This document shows, piece by piece, positions 17,704 through 27,419 of a stretch of DNA of 64,000 nucleotides. The position numbers and the translations under genes were made by a program. This stretch comes from Geopsychrobacteraceae bacterium (GTDB taxonomy: Bacteria; Desulfobacterota; Desulfuromonadia; Desulfuromonadales; Geopsychrobacteraceae), in contig CAXXTB010000002.1 of NCBI GenBank assembly GCA_963676795.2, positions 928,001-992,000 on the forward strand. Reading direction: 5' to 3'. The notes under the pieces were generated by a model. The model did no database searches and had not been told where the DNA came from. It saw only the letters and a list, made by a program, of their open reading frames with translations. Every line of letters starts with the position of its first letter. Positions within the stretch are counted from its first letter, which is position 1.

Positions 17704-20586
17704 ATGAATAGCAAAGGTTCGGAATGGAATAGGTGGGACTTACATTTTCACACCCCATCCTCGTATGATTATAAAGATAAGACAGTTTCAAATGTCGATA
17801 TCATCAACGAAATGAAGAGAAGTTCAATAGCCGCGTTTGTTGTTACAGATCACCACGTAATTGATATTGATAGCTACAAAGAACTGAAGGAGTTGGGTGA
17901 AAAAGAAGGGATAACCGTTTTACCTGGCATAGAGTTTCTTTCGGATGCTAGAGGTAAAGAGCCAGTACACTTTATCGGTATATTTTCTGAAGAATCAAAT
18001 ATAGAACATATTTGGGGGCAAATTAAGCACAGAACAGATATCAATAAGGTGGATTCAGAAGGCCTTAGGGAAAATCAAGTTTATTGTGACCTTAAAGACA
18101 CTATAGAATTGGTAAAGGCACTAGGTGGGATTGTCACAATACATGCAGGTGAAAAGAGTGGGAGTGTAGAAAATATCACACATTCACTACCTCATGGAAC
18201 CGCTCAGAAAACAGAAATAGCGAAGGCTGTTGATATATATGAGCTCGGTAAGGAAAGTGACCAAGATGGGTACAGAAAGTTTGTTTTTCCGAATATCGGT
18301 AAAACAATACCAATGATTATTTGTTCTGATAATCATAACATTCAGAAATACCAAATAAAGCAGAAATTGTGGCTCAAGGGTGAGCCTTCTTTCAATGGGC
18401 TGAAATATGCCCTAAATGAACCAGAAAGTCGGTTCTATATTGGCGATGAACCAGAAATTCTAAAGCGGGTTAGGGATAACCCTACTAAATACATCAAATC
18501 CATCAACATCCGGAGAACAGGGAAAGAAGATGCTAGTTCAATGTGGTTTGAAGATATTTCCATACCAATGAACAGCGAGCTTGTTACTGTTATCGGACAT
18601 AAAGGAAGTGGCAAGAGCGCTCTTTCTGACATTCTTGCTGTCTGCTCAGATGCTGAACATTCTGATGATTATATATTTCTCAACAAGCAAAAGTTTAAAA
18701 AGAAAGGTCTTGCTGATCGGTTTAGTGCTTTTGTTGAGTTTGAGAGCGGGAAAAAGTCCGAAGAACGCTTGCTCACTCATATAATCGATGAAAGCCAAGA
18801 AAGGCTTGTTAGGTACTTGCCTCAAAGCTACTTCGAAAAAGTTTGTAATGAAATTGATAAAGTAGATGCTTTTCGCTCAGAGATTGAGAAGGTCGTATTT
18901 CAATATGTCCCTACAGAGAAAAAAATGGGACAATCTACGTTTGAAGAGCTTATTGACCTAAAGAAAAGAGCTGCAGAGAAGGAAATTCATCATATCCACG
19001 AAGAGATACTCGAACTGAATGATGAAATTATAAAGCTTGAGAACCAATTTGATCCAAGTTTTAGAAAAAATCTTATTAGTAAAATTAAAGTGAAGGAGGA
19101 CGAACTTACTGCCCATGAGTCTTCAAAACCAGAGATTGTCGAAGACCCATCAAGACACGCCGAGTCAGAAGATACCAAAGCGAAGAAAAAGGCTCTTGGA
19201 GAATTAGAATCTACAAAGTTAAAGATAGAAAAAGAGATTGAATCTATAACTAAGGGAATATCGGATAGGAACTATTTAATTGTTGAGGCAGAAAAGCTAA
19301 ATCGCGATTTGAAGAACAAATATAGAGAGCTAATTTCAGTTATATCTGAAGGTAACGATGTTGCTCATAAGTGCGGATTTGACATTTCTAAAGCGATTCG
19401 TATTGAATTTGACGAAAGTGTAATTAGTAACAGTGTCCTTTTGTTGAAGGAAAGGAATGAAAAAGACGCCAAACTTATCAAGGTGGAAGAAGGTTGGGAG
19501 CAAAAGGAATATGAGTTGCTTTCGCCAGCTTCAAAACTCGAATCGTTGAAAGCTCGGATAAAGTGTATTCATTCCGAATTTACCGGAGAACAAAAGGCCT
19601 TCCAGGATTATTTAAGTACTCTGGCAGAGTGGAAGATAAGAAAAAGTGAAATTGAGGGTGATTTGGAAGCTGCTGACAGTTTGGTGTATATGCGAGAAAA
19701 GTTAGTCTATCTAGACAAAAACCTTGAATTAGATATCAACGTGAAAAGAGATTTAAGGATTAAGAAAACAATCGAAATTTTATTGAAAAAGAAAGAAATT
19801 CAAGAGTTTTATGAAGAGATAAAAGAAGAAATTTCTAGAAAATTATCACAATCTGATGTTTCCGGTCTTAGTATAGCCAGCTCTTTCTATTGTTCCAATG
19901 ATTTTAAAAATACGATTCTACGAAATATAAAACAAAATAGAGTTGGTTCTTTTTATGGTAGCGAAGATGGAGCAACACTGCTTCAGGAAGAGCTAATTTT
20001 ACCAACCAACTGGAATGACGAATCGTCCGTGGAAACCTTTTTACGTCGTTTCATAGAATATTTTGAGTTTGATAAGCGGGCTAGCTCTAAGAATGAAAAA
20101 ACATTCATCGGGGAAATTATTAAGGATAGAAAGGAGCTATATAGTTATGTTTACGGGTTGAGCTTCATCGAACCATATTATGATTTGCGTCAAAAGGGTA
20201 AGAGTTTGGAGCAGCTATCTCCGGGAGAAAAAGGTGCTCTTCTACTTGTGTTCTATTTGGTGCTTGATAAAGAAGATATTCCTCTGATTATTGATCAACC
20301 AGAAGACAATTTAGATAACAATAGTGTTGCTAAGGTCCTTGTTCCCTATATAAAAGAAGCTAAGAAATACCGTCAAATTATTATGGTAACTCATAACCCG
20401 AATTTGGCCGTAGTAGCTGATTCTGAGCAAGTGATAAAAGTTAGTATAGATAAGGAAAATGGCAATGAATTTTGCTTCATATCAGGTGGTATAGAACATC
20501 CAATGATAAATGAGCAGATAGTAGAGGTCCTGGAAGGTACTATGCCAGCGTTTTCCTTAAGAAAAGATAAGTACCAGATTGCATAA
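17704..20586 (+). CDS. PHP phosphoesterase + SMC/ABC-type ATPase (Ppl/TrlF-like anti-phage protein)
   Basis: WDLHFHTPSS, VTDHH, CSDNH; Walker A GHKGSGKS; coiled coil; LSPGEK, IIDQPEDNLDN, VTHNPN; visibly AT-rich. Confidence 0.85.
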   Translation: MNSKGSEWNRWDLHFHTPSSYDYKDKTVSNVDIINEMKRSSIAAFVVTDHHVIDIDSYKELKELGEKEGITVLPGIEFLSDARGKEPVHFIGIFSEESNIEHIWGQIKHRTDINKVDSEGLRENQVYCDLKDTIELVKALGGIVTIHAGEKSGSVENITHSLPHGTAQKTEIAKAVDIYELGKESDQDGYRKFVFPNIGKTIPMIICSDNHNIQKYQIKQKLWLKGEPSFNGLKYALNEPESRFYIGDEPEILKRVRDNPTKYIKSINIRRTGKEDASSMWFEDISIPMNSELVTVIGHKGSGKSALSDILAVCSDAEHSDDYIFLNKQKFKKKGLADRFSAFVEFESGKKSEERLLTHIIDESQERLVRYLPQSYFEKVCNEIDKVDAFRSEIEKVVFQYVPTEKKMGQSTFEELIDLKKRAAEKEIHHIHEEILELNDEIIKLENQFDPSFRKNLISKIKVKEDELTAHESSKPEIVEDPSRHAESEDTKAKKKALGELESTKLKIEKEIESITKGISDRNYLIVEAEKLNRDLKNKYRELISVISEGNDVAHKCGFDISKAIRIEFDESVISNSVLLLKERNEKDAKLIKVEEGWEQKEYELLSPASKLESLKARIKCIHSEFTGEQKAFQDYLSTLAEWKIRKSEIEGDLEAADSLVYMREKLVYLDKNLELDINVKRDLRIKKTIEILLKKKEIQEFYEEIKEEISRKLSQSDVSGLSIASSFYCSNDFKNTILRNIKQNRVGSFYGSEDGATLLQEELILPTNWNDESSVETFLRRFIEYFEFDKRASSKNEKTFIGEIIKDRKELYSYVYGLSFIEPYYDLRQKGKSLEQLSPGEKGALLLVFYLVLDKEDIPLIIDQPEDNLDNNSVAKVLVPYIKEAKKYRQIIMVTHNPNLAVVADSEQVIKVSIDKENGNEFCFISGGIEHPMINEQIVEVLEGTMPAFSLRKDKYQIA

Positions 20587-20589
20587 TAT

Positions 20590-20649
20590 ATATAATAAGG
20601 CAATCCAGCCAACGCCAAAAAGCGGTGTGGCAGAGTTTTGACGTTATCC
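20590..20649 (+). mobile_element. Degenerate integron attC-like site
   Basis: 60 bp right after the stop: ATATAAT (R''-like)-aaggc-aatccagcc-aacgcc...ggtgt-ggcagagtt-ttgac-GTTATCC (R'-like). Confidence 0.5.
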
Positions 20650-20903
20650 TTTGGAATCATTATAGAGAAATAGGGGAGTTCGGGGGACAGGATCCTTATT
20701 AGATCTATAAATGCCCCTGAGTTACCCATCTGTGTCAAACTTTGTGGGTTTAAAGAGTTGTACCATAGAGTGTCAGGGCGGGGTGTTTCCGTGTTGACGG
20801 TTGAGAGACGGATATAGTCTTGTGACGCGCAGCAATAGGATTATCCGCTGCTTACCCATTAGTTTCAATCATTTCGGCCATATATGTCTAATAGGTTTTT
20901 TGT

Positions 20904-21260
20904 ATGCATAACTTAAATTTAAAAGAAATAAGTCAGCGACTACGTGAATTTGCTGATGTGCGCGATTGGGAACAGTTTCACTCGCCTAAAAATTTGTCCA
21001 TGGCCTTAAGTGTTGAAGCCAGTGAATTGGTGGAATGTTTTCAATGGCTTACCGAAGAACAGTCGTATGCTTTAAGCCGCAGTCAACTGAATGCTGTTGA
21101 AGAGGAAATTGCTGATGTTCAGCTTTACCTGATTCGCTTGGCAGACAAGCTGGGTGTCAATATTGCTGATGCAGTTGAGAAGAAAATTGAGAAAAACGGC
21201 GCTAAGTATCCCGCGGATAGGGTAAAAGGCAGTTCGAAGAAGTACACGGAGTACAAATAA
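20904..21260 (+). CDS. MazG-like nucleotide pyrophosphohydrolase (DCTPP1-like)
   Basis: RDWEQFHSPKNL...EASEL...EEIADV...YP. Confidence 0.92.
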   Translation: MHNLNLKEISQRLREFADVRDWEQFHSPKNLSMALSVEASELVECFQWLTEEQSYALSRSQLNAVEEEIADVQLYLIRLADKLGVNIADAVEKKIEKNGAKYPADRVKGSSKKYTEYK

Positions 21261-21277
21261 GTGATCGCGAGGGTTGG

Positions 21278-23656
21278 ATGATTGTTTATTCATCGACAAA
21301 AAGACATTTCATAGAAGATGTCCGCTCAAATAGAATGGCCGATATCATCGAAAATGAGGTGTCGAGAAAACTCAACCGAAACTCTCCGCGCAATGAAAAG
21401 CTCTCTTGGGAGCATTCACTTCAGTATATGTCTCAAATCCTCTGGGATGAGGAGATCCCATCATCTGCCGGGGTCGCTATCGAATACAACTTGCCGATGA
21501 CAAATCGGCGCGTGGATTTCATTCTGACCGGAAAAGATCACCAGAGAAACGATACGGCTGTCATTGTCGAACTTAAACAGTGGGAGACAGTTGAAAAGAC
21601 CAATAAAGACGCGATCGTCAAAACTCGCTTTGAGAGGGGCATTGTCGAAACCAATCATCCCTCTTACCAGGCTTGGTCTTATTCGGCATTGATTGAAGAT
21701 TATAACGAAACTGTGCGGCAGGAATCGATCCGCCTACAGCCTTGTGCCTATCTTCACAATATGAAGTCTGATTCTGTTATCAGAGATCCTTTTTACACGC
21801 ACCATATAGAAAAAGCGCCAATATTTATCTCACCAGACGCCCTGAAGCTTTCTGAGTTTCTGAAGCGCTATGTCAAATATGGCGATAGCGACAATATCTT
21901 ATATCGTATTGAACATGGGGTTATTAAACCGTCCAAGAATTTGGCGGATGCTTTATCCTCAATGCTGGATGGGAACCCTGAGTTTTTGATGATTGACGAT
22001 CAAAAACTGGTTTATGAAACAGCTATCGATTTGGCGCATAAGGCCCAGCTTGGAGAAAAACAGACGCTCATCGTTAAAGGTGGTCCGGGTACCGGCAAGT
22101 CGGTGGTTGCAATTAACCTGCTGACAGAGCTAACCAAGCGGGAGATGCTTGTCCAATATGTCACCAAAAATGCTGCTCCACGGGCAGTATTTAGCAAAAA
22201 ACTAACCGGCATGAGAACACAAAATGCTATTACTCAGATGTTTAAGGGCTCCGGTGCATATACTGGGGTCAAGGCTGACCAATTTGGAGCGCTTATTGTT
22301 GATGAGGCGCATCGGCTGAATGAGAAATCTGGGCTTTACGGGAACCTTGGGGAAAATCAGATCAAAGAACTGATTTTGGGTTCGCGATTTAATGTCTTCT
22401 TTATCGACGAAGCACAACGAGTCACACTTCAGGATATCGGTAGTATTGGTGCTATTAAGCAGTGGGCTAATGAGCTGAATTCGACAGTTACTGAATTGGA
22501 ATTGGCTTCTCAGTTTCGCTGTAATGGTTCGGATGGTTATCTTGCCTGGGTGGATAATAGCCTCCAAATCAGTGAGACTGCCCATCAAACCCTTGACGAT
22601 ATCGACTATGAAGTCAAAGTTTTTGATGATCCTTGTATGTTGCGCGCGGCAATTGAAGAGAAGAACCGTATAGCCAATAAAGCACGTATGGTTGCTGGCT
22701 ACTGCTGGGATTGGAATAGCAAAAAGGACAAATCAGCCTACGATATTGTCCTCCCTGAATATGATTTTAAAGCGCAGTGGAATTTAACCGATGATGGTAG
22801 CTCCTGGATTATTGCTGAGAACTCGGTAAAGCAAATAGGTTGTATCCATACCTGCCAGGGCCTGGAGCTCGACTATATCGGCGTTATCATTGGTGATGAT
22901 TTTGTTGTGCGTGATGGGGTCGTCGTTACGGATGCTGGCAAACGTTCTTCGAATGACAGGTCCATCCGTGGTTACAAAACCATGCTGAAAAAGCAACCTG
23001 AAAACGCGCGCAAGCTAGCCAGTGAAATCATCAAGAATACCTACCGTACGCTAATGACCCGTGGCCAGAAGGGGTGTTATCTGTTTTTTACCGATCCCGA
23101 AACCCGTGATTATTTTATTGCTTTAGCTAAGCGACAGGATGTTTCACCTGCGGTGGCTCCAGAACCCTATCAGGGGCTTGATTTGCCAGTTGTCTCGTTT
23201 GATGAAGCCAGACCTTTTGAGACACACGTTCCTGTTTACGATCTTCGCGCCGCTGCCGGTGGCTTCAGCGAGATGCAAATCATAGAGGACTTTGACTGGG
23301 TTGAACTGCCAGAACACATCCGGGTGAGTGAAGGAATGTTTGTTTTGCGTGTCGTCGGTGAGTCTATGAATCGACGCATTCCAAATGGATCATGGTGCTT
23401 GTTTAAGGCGAACCCTGGCGGCACCCGAAACGGTAAAGTGGTTCTGGTTCAGCATCGTGATATAGAAGATCCAGACCATGGGGGCAGTTATACGGTTAAG
23501 GTTTACTCTAGCGAGAAAATGATGGATGGCGATGCTTTGGTAAATAAGAGGATAACCCTTAAACCTGATACTACTGCTTTTGGCTACTCACCCATAGTCC
23601 TTGATGGTGAAGATGGAGATTTATTAGTACTTGGAGAGTTTTTGGGGGTTATTTAA
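21278..23656 (+). CDS. DUF2075-type PD-(D/E)xK nuclease + helicase with a C-terminal S24/LexA-like peptidase
   Basis: RVDFIL...VIVELKQW; GGPGTGKS; VDEAHRL; SQFRC; HTCQGLELDY; LMTRG; C-terminal AAAG...GESM...TVK. Confidence 0.85.
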   Translation: MIVYSSTKRHFIEDVRSNRMADIIENEVSRKLNRNSPRNEKLSWEHSLQYMSQILWDEEIPSSAGVAIEYNLPMTNRRVDFILTGKDHQRNDTAVIVELKQWETVEKTNKDAIVKTRFERGIVETNHPSYQAWSYSALIEDYNETVRQESIRLQPCAYLHNMKSDSVIRDPFYTHHIEKAPIFISPDALKLSEFLKRYVKYGDSDNILYRIEHGVIKPSKNLADALSSMLDGNPEFLMIDDQKLVYETAIDLAHKAQLGEKQTLIVKGGPGTGKSVVAINLLTELTKREMLVQYVTKNAAPRAVFSKKLTGMRTQNAITQMFKGSGAYTGVKADQFGALIVDEAHRLNEKSGLYGNLGENQIKELILGSRFNVFFIDEAQRVTLQDIGSIGAIKQWANELNSTVTELELASQFRCNGSDGYLAWVDNSLQISETAHQTLDDIDYEVKVFDDPCMLRAAIEEKNRIANKARMVAGYCWDWNSKKDKSAYDIVLPEYDFKAQWNLTDDGSSWIIAENSVKQIGCIHTCQGLELDYIGVIIGDDFVVRDGVVVTDAGKRSSNDRSIRGYKTMLKKQPENARKLASEIIKNTYRTLMTRGQKGCYLFFTDPETRDYFIALAKRQDVSPAVAPEPYQGLDLPVVSFDEARPFETHVPVYDLRAAAGGFSEMQIIEDFDWVELPEHIRVSEGMFVLRVVGESMNRRIPNGSWCLFKANPGGTRNGKVVLVQHRDIEDPDHGGSYTVKVYSSEKMMDGDALVNKRITLKPDTTAFGYSPIVLDGEDGDLLVLGEFLGVI

Positions 23657-23694
23657 TTGTCCTTGGAGTGGGGGCGGATGGTTGCCGGGGAAGC

Positions 23695-23747
23695 GGGGTC
23701 GCGTCTTGCAATCTAGCATCAAAATACGGCAATGCAAGACTTGACCC
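23695..23747. repeat. REP-like palindrome starting GGGGTC
   Basis: gggtc-gc-gtcttgca ... tgcaagac-tt-gaccc. Confidence 0.6.
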
Positions 23748-23871
23748 TAGTGACTCTCTTGATGGTTCTGTGGCGTCCTCTATATAAAGGAGCCAGTCTT
23801 AAATGATGCACCTGACAGCCCCTGATGTAATGGAATGTCTCTTAGGCTGACTGGTTGATTCGGAGGAATTC

Positions 23872-24564
23872 TTGAAACTTTTCATCAAAACACTCCTAGT
23901 TGTTTTTCTTCTCATTGCTGCCGGGCTGCTGGCCTGGCCGGTCATGTCGGAAAGATTTATAGATAAACCGCTGCTTTCAGCGAAGATACAATCTGACAAG
24001 GATTTGCGGGCAGCTGGGGATATGCTGCCGCAGGCAGAGTCGCCAGATGTTACGGATTCAGAACCTGGCTTACCCGGTAACGATCATCCGCGCATTTACC
24101 GCTGGGTTGATGAGAACGGGCGGACGGTTTATTCCGATCAGCCGAATCACGCAGATGCCCAAGCGTATACGCCTAAAGAGTTGGCCCAGCTGAAGGTGTC
24201 TGGTGTGCCGCAGCCGGTCAGACCTGTCGAGTCTGTGACTAAGACTGCACCAGCTGTTGTTGAGCGTCCTGTTCAGGTAAGAGAGGTTCCTCCTGAATTT
24301 GAGTTTTCAATGACCAGTGCCGGATGGGAGAGGGAGTATGTTGTGTTGTCGGGGAGAATTTCCGGGGGCTATGCCTGTAAACAGCTTGAGGTATGGGCTT
24401 CCGCGAAAAGCGATGCCGGTGGGCGGGTTTGGGGAATTGATGTTGTCAGCTACAACGGATTTGGTTCGACATTGTATGAAATCAGGAGAAAATCGCGCAC
24501 GAAGATAAACGGCAGGAGACCATGGTGGGAACCTCAAAGCGTTTCGGCAAGGTGTATGGATTGA
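23872..24564 (+). CDS. DUF4124-domain membrane-anchored/exported protein
   Basis: N-terminal hydrophobic helix; IYRWVDENGRTVYSDQP. Confidence 0.78.
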   Translation: MKLFIKTLLVVFLLIAAGLLAWPVMSERFIDKPLLSAKIQSDKDLRAAGDMLPQAESPDVTDSEPGLPGNDHPRIYRWVDENGRTVYSDQPNHADAQAYTPKELAQLKVSGVPQPVRPVESVTKTAPAVVERPVQVREVPPEFEFSMTSAGWEREYVVLSGRISGGYACKQLEVWASAKSDAGGRVWGIDVVSYNGFGSTLYEIRRKSRTKINGRRPWWEPQSVSARCMD

Positions 24565-24579
24565 AAAATATCAGATTGG

Positions 24580-24850
24580 GAACATTTTCTGTGTTTTAAC
24601 TCTGTGATCTCTGCGGCTCTGCGTGAGGCTGGGTTTGATCTATTTTCGTGGTTTTCGTGCATTTCGTGGATAGTCTGAAACCTGATCTCACGCCCGTTCG
24701 CTTTGCTCTCTCGAGGCGCAGAGGGCGCTGAGGAACTCTCAATCTGTTTTTAGCCGCGGATACAGGCGGATAAGGGCGGATAGATAGCCCTTAATCTCCC
24801 AGCACTGGAAAAACTGGTATTCTCTAAGCCCTCCGTGTCTTTGTTTGGGA
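24580..24850. repeat. Family-A modular repeat cluster R4 (inverted relative to R1-R3)
   Basis: About 24685-24795 is the reverse complement of about 14110-14222. Confidence 0.92.
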
Positions 24851-24925
24851 TTGATTTTTAAATCATTATTCAAGAAGCTCTTTAAAAATAATCAAAATTC
24901 ATAGACCGAAATCGTTTTTCAGAAA

Positions 24926-24974
24926 AATAGGGGGCTACCTTTGGCTTTATTAAAGACAAAGGTAGCCCCCTATT
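24926..24974. repeat. Perfect 18-bp-arm palindrome
   Basis: aatagggggctacctttg / caaaggtagccccctatt. Confidence 0.85.
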
Positions 24975-25025
24975 CTGCACTCTATATTGACAATGCTAGA
25001 AGGGATATTCGGGGTATAATAAAAA

Positions 25026-25094
25026 ATGTATAAAAAAATGAAAATTCTATACATATTTAACGGGATATGTATAATTAATTCAGTTTTTTATACA
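25026..25094. promoter_or_regulatory. Two TGTATA-N15-TATACA palindromes (candidate Fic autoregulatory operators)
   Basis: 25027-25053 and 25068-25094, just downstream of TATAAT at 25015-25020. Confidence 0.65.
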
Positions 25095-25131
25095 GGTCGC
25101 CGTGGATATCTATAGAAAAGGCAAAATCTAT

Positions 25132-26211
25132 ATGCTTGTGTCTCTTGCCATGCTGCCACTTAAAAACATCGAACAGTGGGAAACCCGCGCGGTTCTAAAA
25201 AAATCGGCTGAAGCACACCGCTATCTGGCCGAGCTTAAAGGCATTGCTGCCAGCATTCCCAATGAAGCCATTCTGATCAATACCCTGGCCCTGCAGGAAG
25301 CCAAAGACAGTTCCGAGATTGAGAATATCGTCACCACCCATGACGAGCTTTACAAGGCCAACCTCTTTGAAGAGGCCCTGACCAACCCGGCCACCAAGGA
25401 GGTGCAGGATTACGCCTTTGCCTTAAAGCAGGCCTTTGCCACCGTGCGACAGACAAAACTGATTCGTTTGAGCGATATTCTCACCGTTCAGCAACATCTG
25501 GAGCATAATAGCGCCGGTCTGCGCCGTTTGCCCGGTACCGATCTGAAAAACGCCCGCACCGGACAGGTGGTTTACACTCCGCCTCAGCACCCGGAAGAGA
25601 TTGCTGCGCTGATGGAGAATCTGGTCAGCTACATCAATGACGATTCCCTCTGCGATGCCGACCCCCTAGTCAAAATGGCTATCATCCATCATCAGTTTGA
25701 AAGCATTCACCCTTTTTACGACGGCAACGGTCGCACCGGGCGCATTCTCAATATCCTCTATCTGGTTGCCAAAGATCTGCTCAATCTGCCGGTGCTCTAC
25801 TTAAGCCGCTATATCATCGAGCATAAGTCCGATTACTATGCCCATCTGCAGCAGGTCCGCGAGAATGGTGATTGGGAGCCATGGCTGATCTACATGCTCG
25901 ACGGCATCAGCGCGACGGCGCAGAATACCATCTCCCTGGTCAGTCAGATGAAGATTCTGATGAAGGATGTTAAACAGCGCATGCGCACCCAGCTGCCCAA
26001 GATCTACCGTCAGGATCTGCTCAATAACCTTTTCAATTACCCGTACACCAAGATCGATTTTCTGGTCGAAGAGTTGGGCGTTACCCGCATCACCGCCACT
26101 AAATATCTGGAACAGCTTGTTGAGCTGGGCTTTCTGCAGAAACAGAAGGTTGGCCGCGCCAATTACTATATCAATGAACCCCTGTGTGCTCTGCTGTTGG
26201 CGCATTCCTGA
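25132..26211 (+). CDS. Class II Fic protein with C-terminal wHTH (SoFic-like)
   Basis: Inhibitory SSEIEN; HPFYDGNGRTGR; C-terminal HTH (TRITATKYLEQL). Confidence 0.92.
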   Translation: MLVSLAMLPLKNIEQWETRAVLKKSAEAHRYLAELKGIAASIPNEAILINTLALQEAKDSSEIENIVTTHDELYKANLFEEALTNPATKEVQDYAFALKQAFATVRQTKLIRLSDILTVQQHLEHNSAGLRRLPGTDLKNARTGQVVYTPPQHPEEIAALMENLVSYINDDSLCDADPLVKMAIIHHQFESIHPFYDGNGRTGRILNILYLVAKDLLNLPVLYLSRYIIEHKSDYYAHLQQVRENGDWEPWLIYMLDGISATAQNTISLVSQMKILMKDVKQRMRTQLPKIYRQDLLNNLFNYPYTKIDFLVEELGVTRITATKYLEQLVELGFLQKQKVGRANYYINEPLCALLLAHS

Positions 26212-26230
26212 TGAAAGCTGGAATGGCTAA

Positions 26231-26477
26231 TCGGGGTTGGACCAAGGGAAGGCATTGTAATCACGTATGAATCTTTTTTTTTGACGGTTTTTTCTATCTT
26301 AGCAGCCTGAATTTGCGGGTGAAGTGATATGTAAAAAATAATTCTCAATCTGCTTGTCGGGTCGGACCAGGGGAAGGCATTGTAATCACGTATGAATCTC
26401 TTTTTTGGGAAGGTTTTTTCTATCTTAGAAGCCTGTTTTTGAGGGTGAAATGATCTGTGAAAATAACTCAAAATCTG
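26231..26477. repeat. Tandem duplication of an approximately 122-bp AT-rich unit
   Basis: gggaaggcattgtaatcacgtatgaatct...ggttttttctatcttag...gggtgaa occurs in both 26231-26352 and 26357-26477. Confidence 0.88.
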
Positions 26478-27020
26478 TTTTTAGCCGCGGATACAGGCGG
26501 ATAATGGCGGATGGAAAGCCCTCAATCTTTTGTCACAGACTCACATACAGACAAGGGTGGACTTAAGGGTAACGACAGAAACTCTACTTTCAGCAGGCTC
26601 TGAGCGAGGCTGGGTTTGATCTATTTCCGTGGACAGCCTAGGTTTGATCTCACGCCCGTTCGCTTTGCTCTCTCGAGGCGCAGAGGGCGCTGAGGAACTC
26701 TCAATCTGTTTTTTGCCGCGGATACAAGCGGATAAGGGCGGATAGAAAGACCTCAATCTTTCATCACTGGAAAACTGGTTTTCTCTGTGTTCTCCGCGTC
26801 TCTGCGCGAGGCTGGTTTTGATTTTTTCCGTGGACAGTTTAAAACCTGATCTCACGCCCGTTCACTTTGCTCACTCGAGGCGCAGAGGGCGCTGAGGAAA
26901 ACCTTAATCTGTTTTTTGCCGCGGATACAAGCGGATAAGGGCGGATGGAAAAACCTCAATCTTTTGCCACAGACCCACACAGACAAGGGCAAACTGAAAG
27001 GTAACGGCAGAAACGCAACT
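26475..27020. repeat. Family-A modular repeat cluster R5 (internal tandem periodicity of roughly 200-230 bp)
   Basis: gccgcggatacaRgcggataaKggcggat three times; tctcacgcccgttcRctttgctcWctcgaggcgcagagggcgctgagg twice. Confidence 0.92.
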
Positions 27021-27185
27021 TTAAGCGATGGGTTACTATAATCAAATTCGGCCTCACACATGGAATGGTGGCCTGTCTTCTGTCGCTGCCGAAGAAAAAC
27101 TTAAATCCGTGATCGAAGTTAGTTGACCTCTACGCACTATTAGTTGCATAGATTGCCAGTCACGTTCCTTGTGGAGAAGAACGCC

Positions 27186-27404
27186 ATGGAGATTAATCTC
27201 AATCAACTGGAGAACCTGATTCTCCATCAGTCCTATAAGATCGACAAGGCCGTTGCCGGAACCGGTTACCTGCCCAGAACCGTGATCGGTGTCGCAACTT
27301 TTCTGCTCGATAATCAGGGGAATTTCGATCTGCTGACCGCGAAGCAACAGGTCACCTTCCGGCGCTTTCTGCAGCCACTGCTTGAAACAGATGCTGATGA
27401 GTGA
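27186..27404 (+). CDS. Hypothetical protein (72 aa)
   Basis: RBS ggag upstream of the ATG; unique sequence between two repeat clusters. Confidence 0.65.
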   Translation: MEINLNQLENLILHQSYKIDKAVAGTGYLPRTVIGVATFLLDNQGNFDLLTAKQQVTFRRFLQPLLETDADE

Positions 27405-27419
27405 CGGTTAAGCGGGTGG

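Noticed and set aside
24987..25020. TTGACA...TATAAT as the fic promoter
   Set aside because: The spacer is 22 nt, too long for the two boxes to form one sigma70 promoter.
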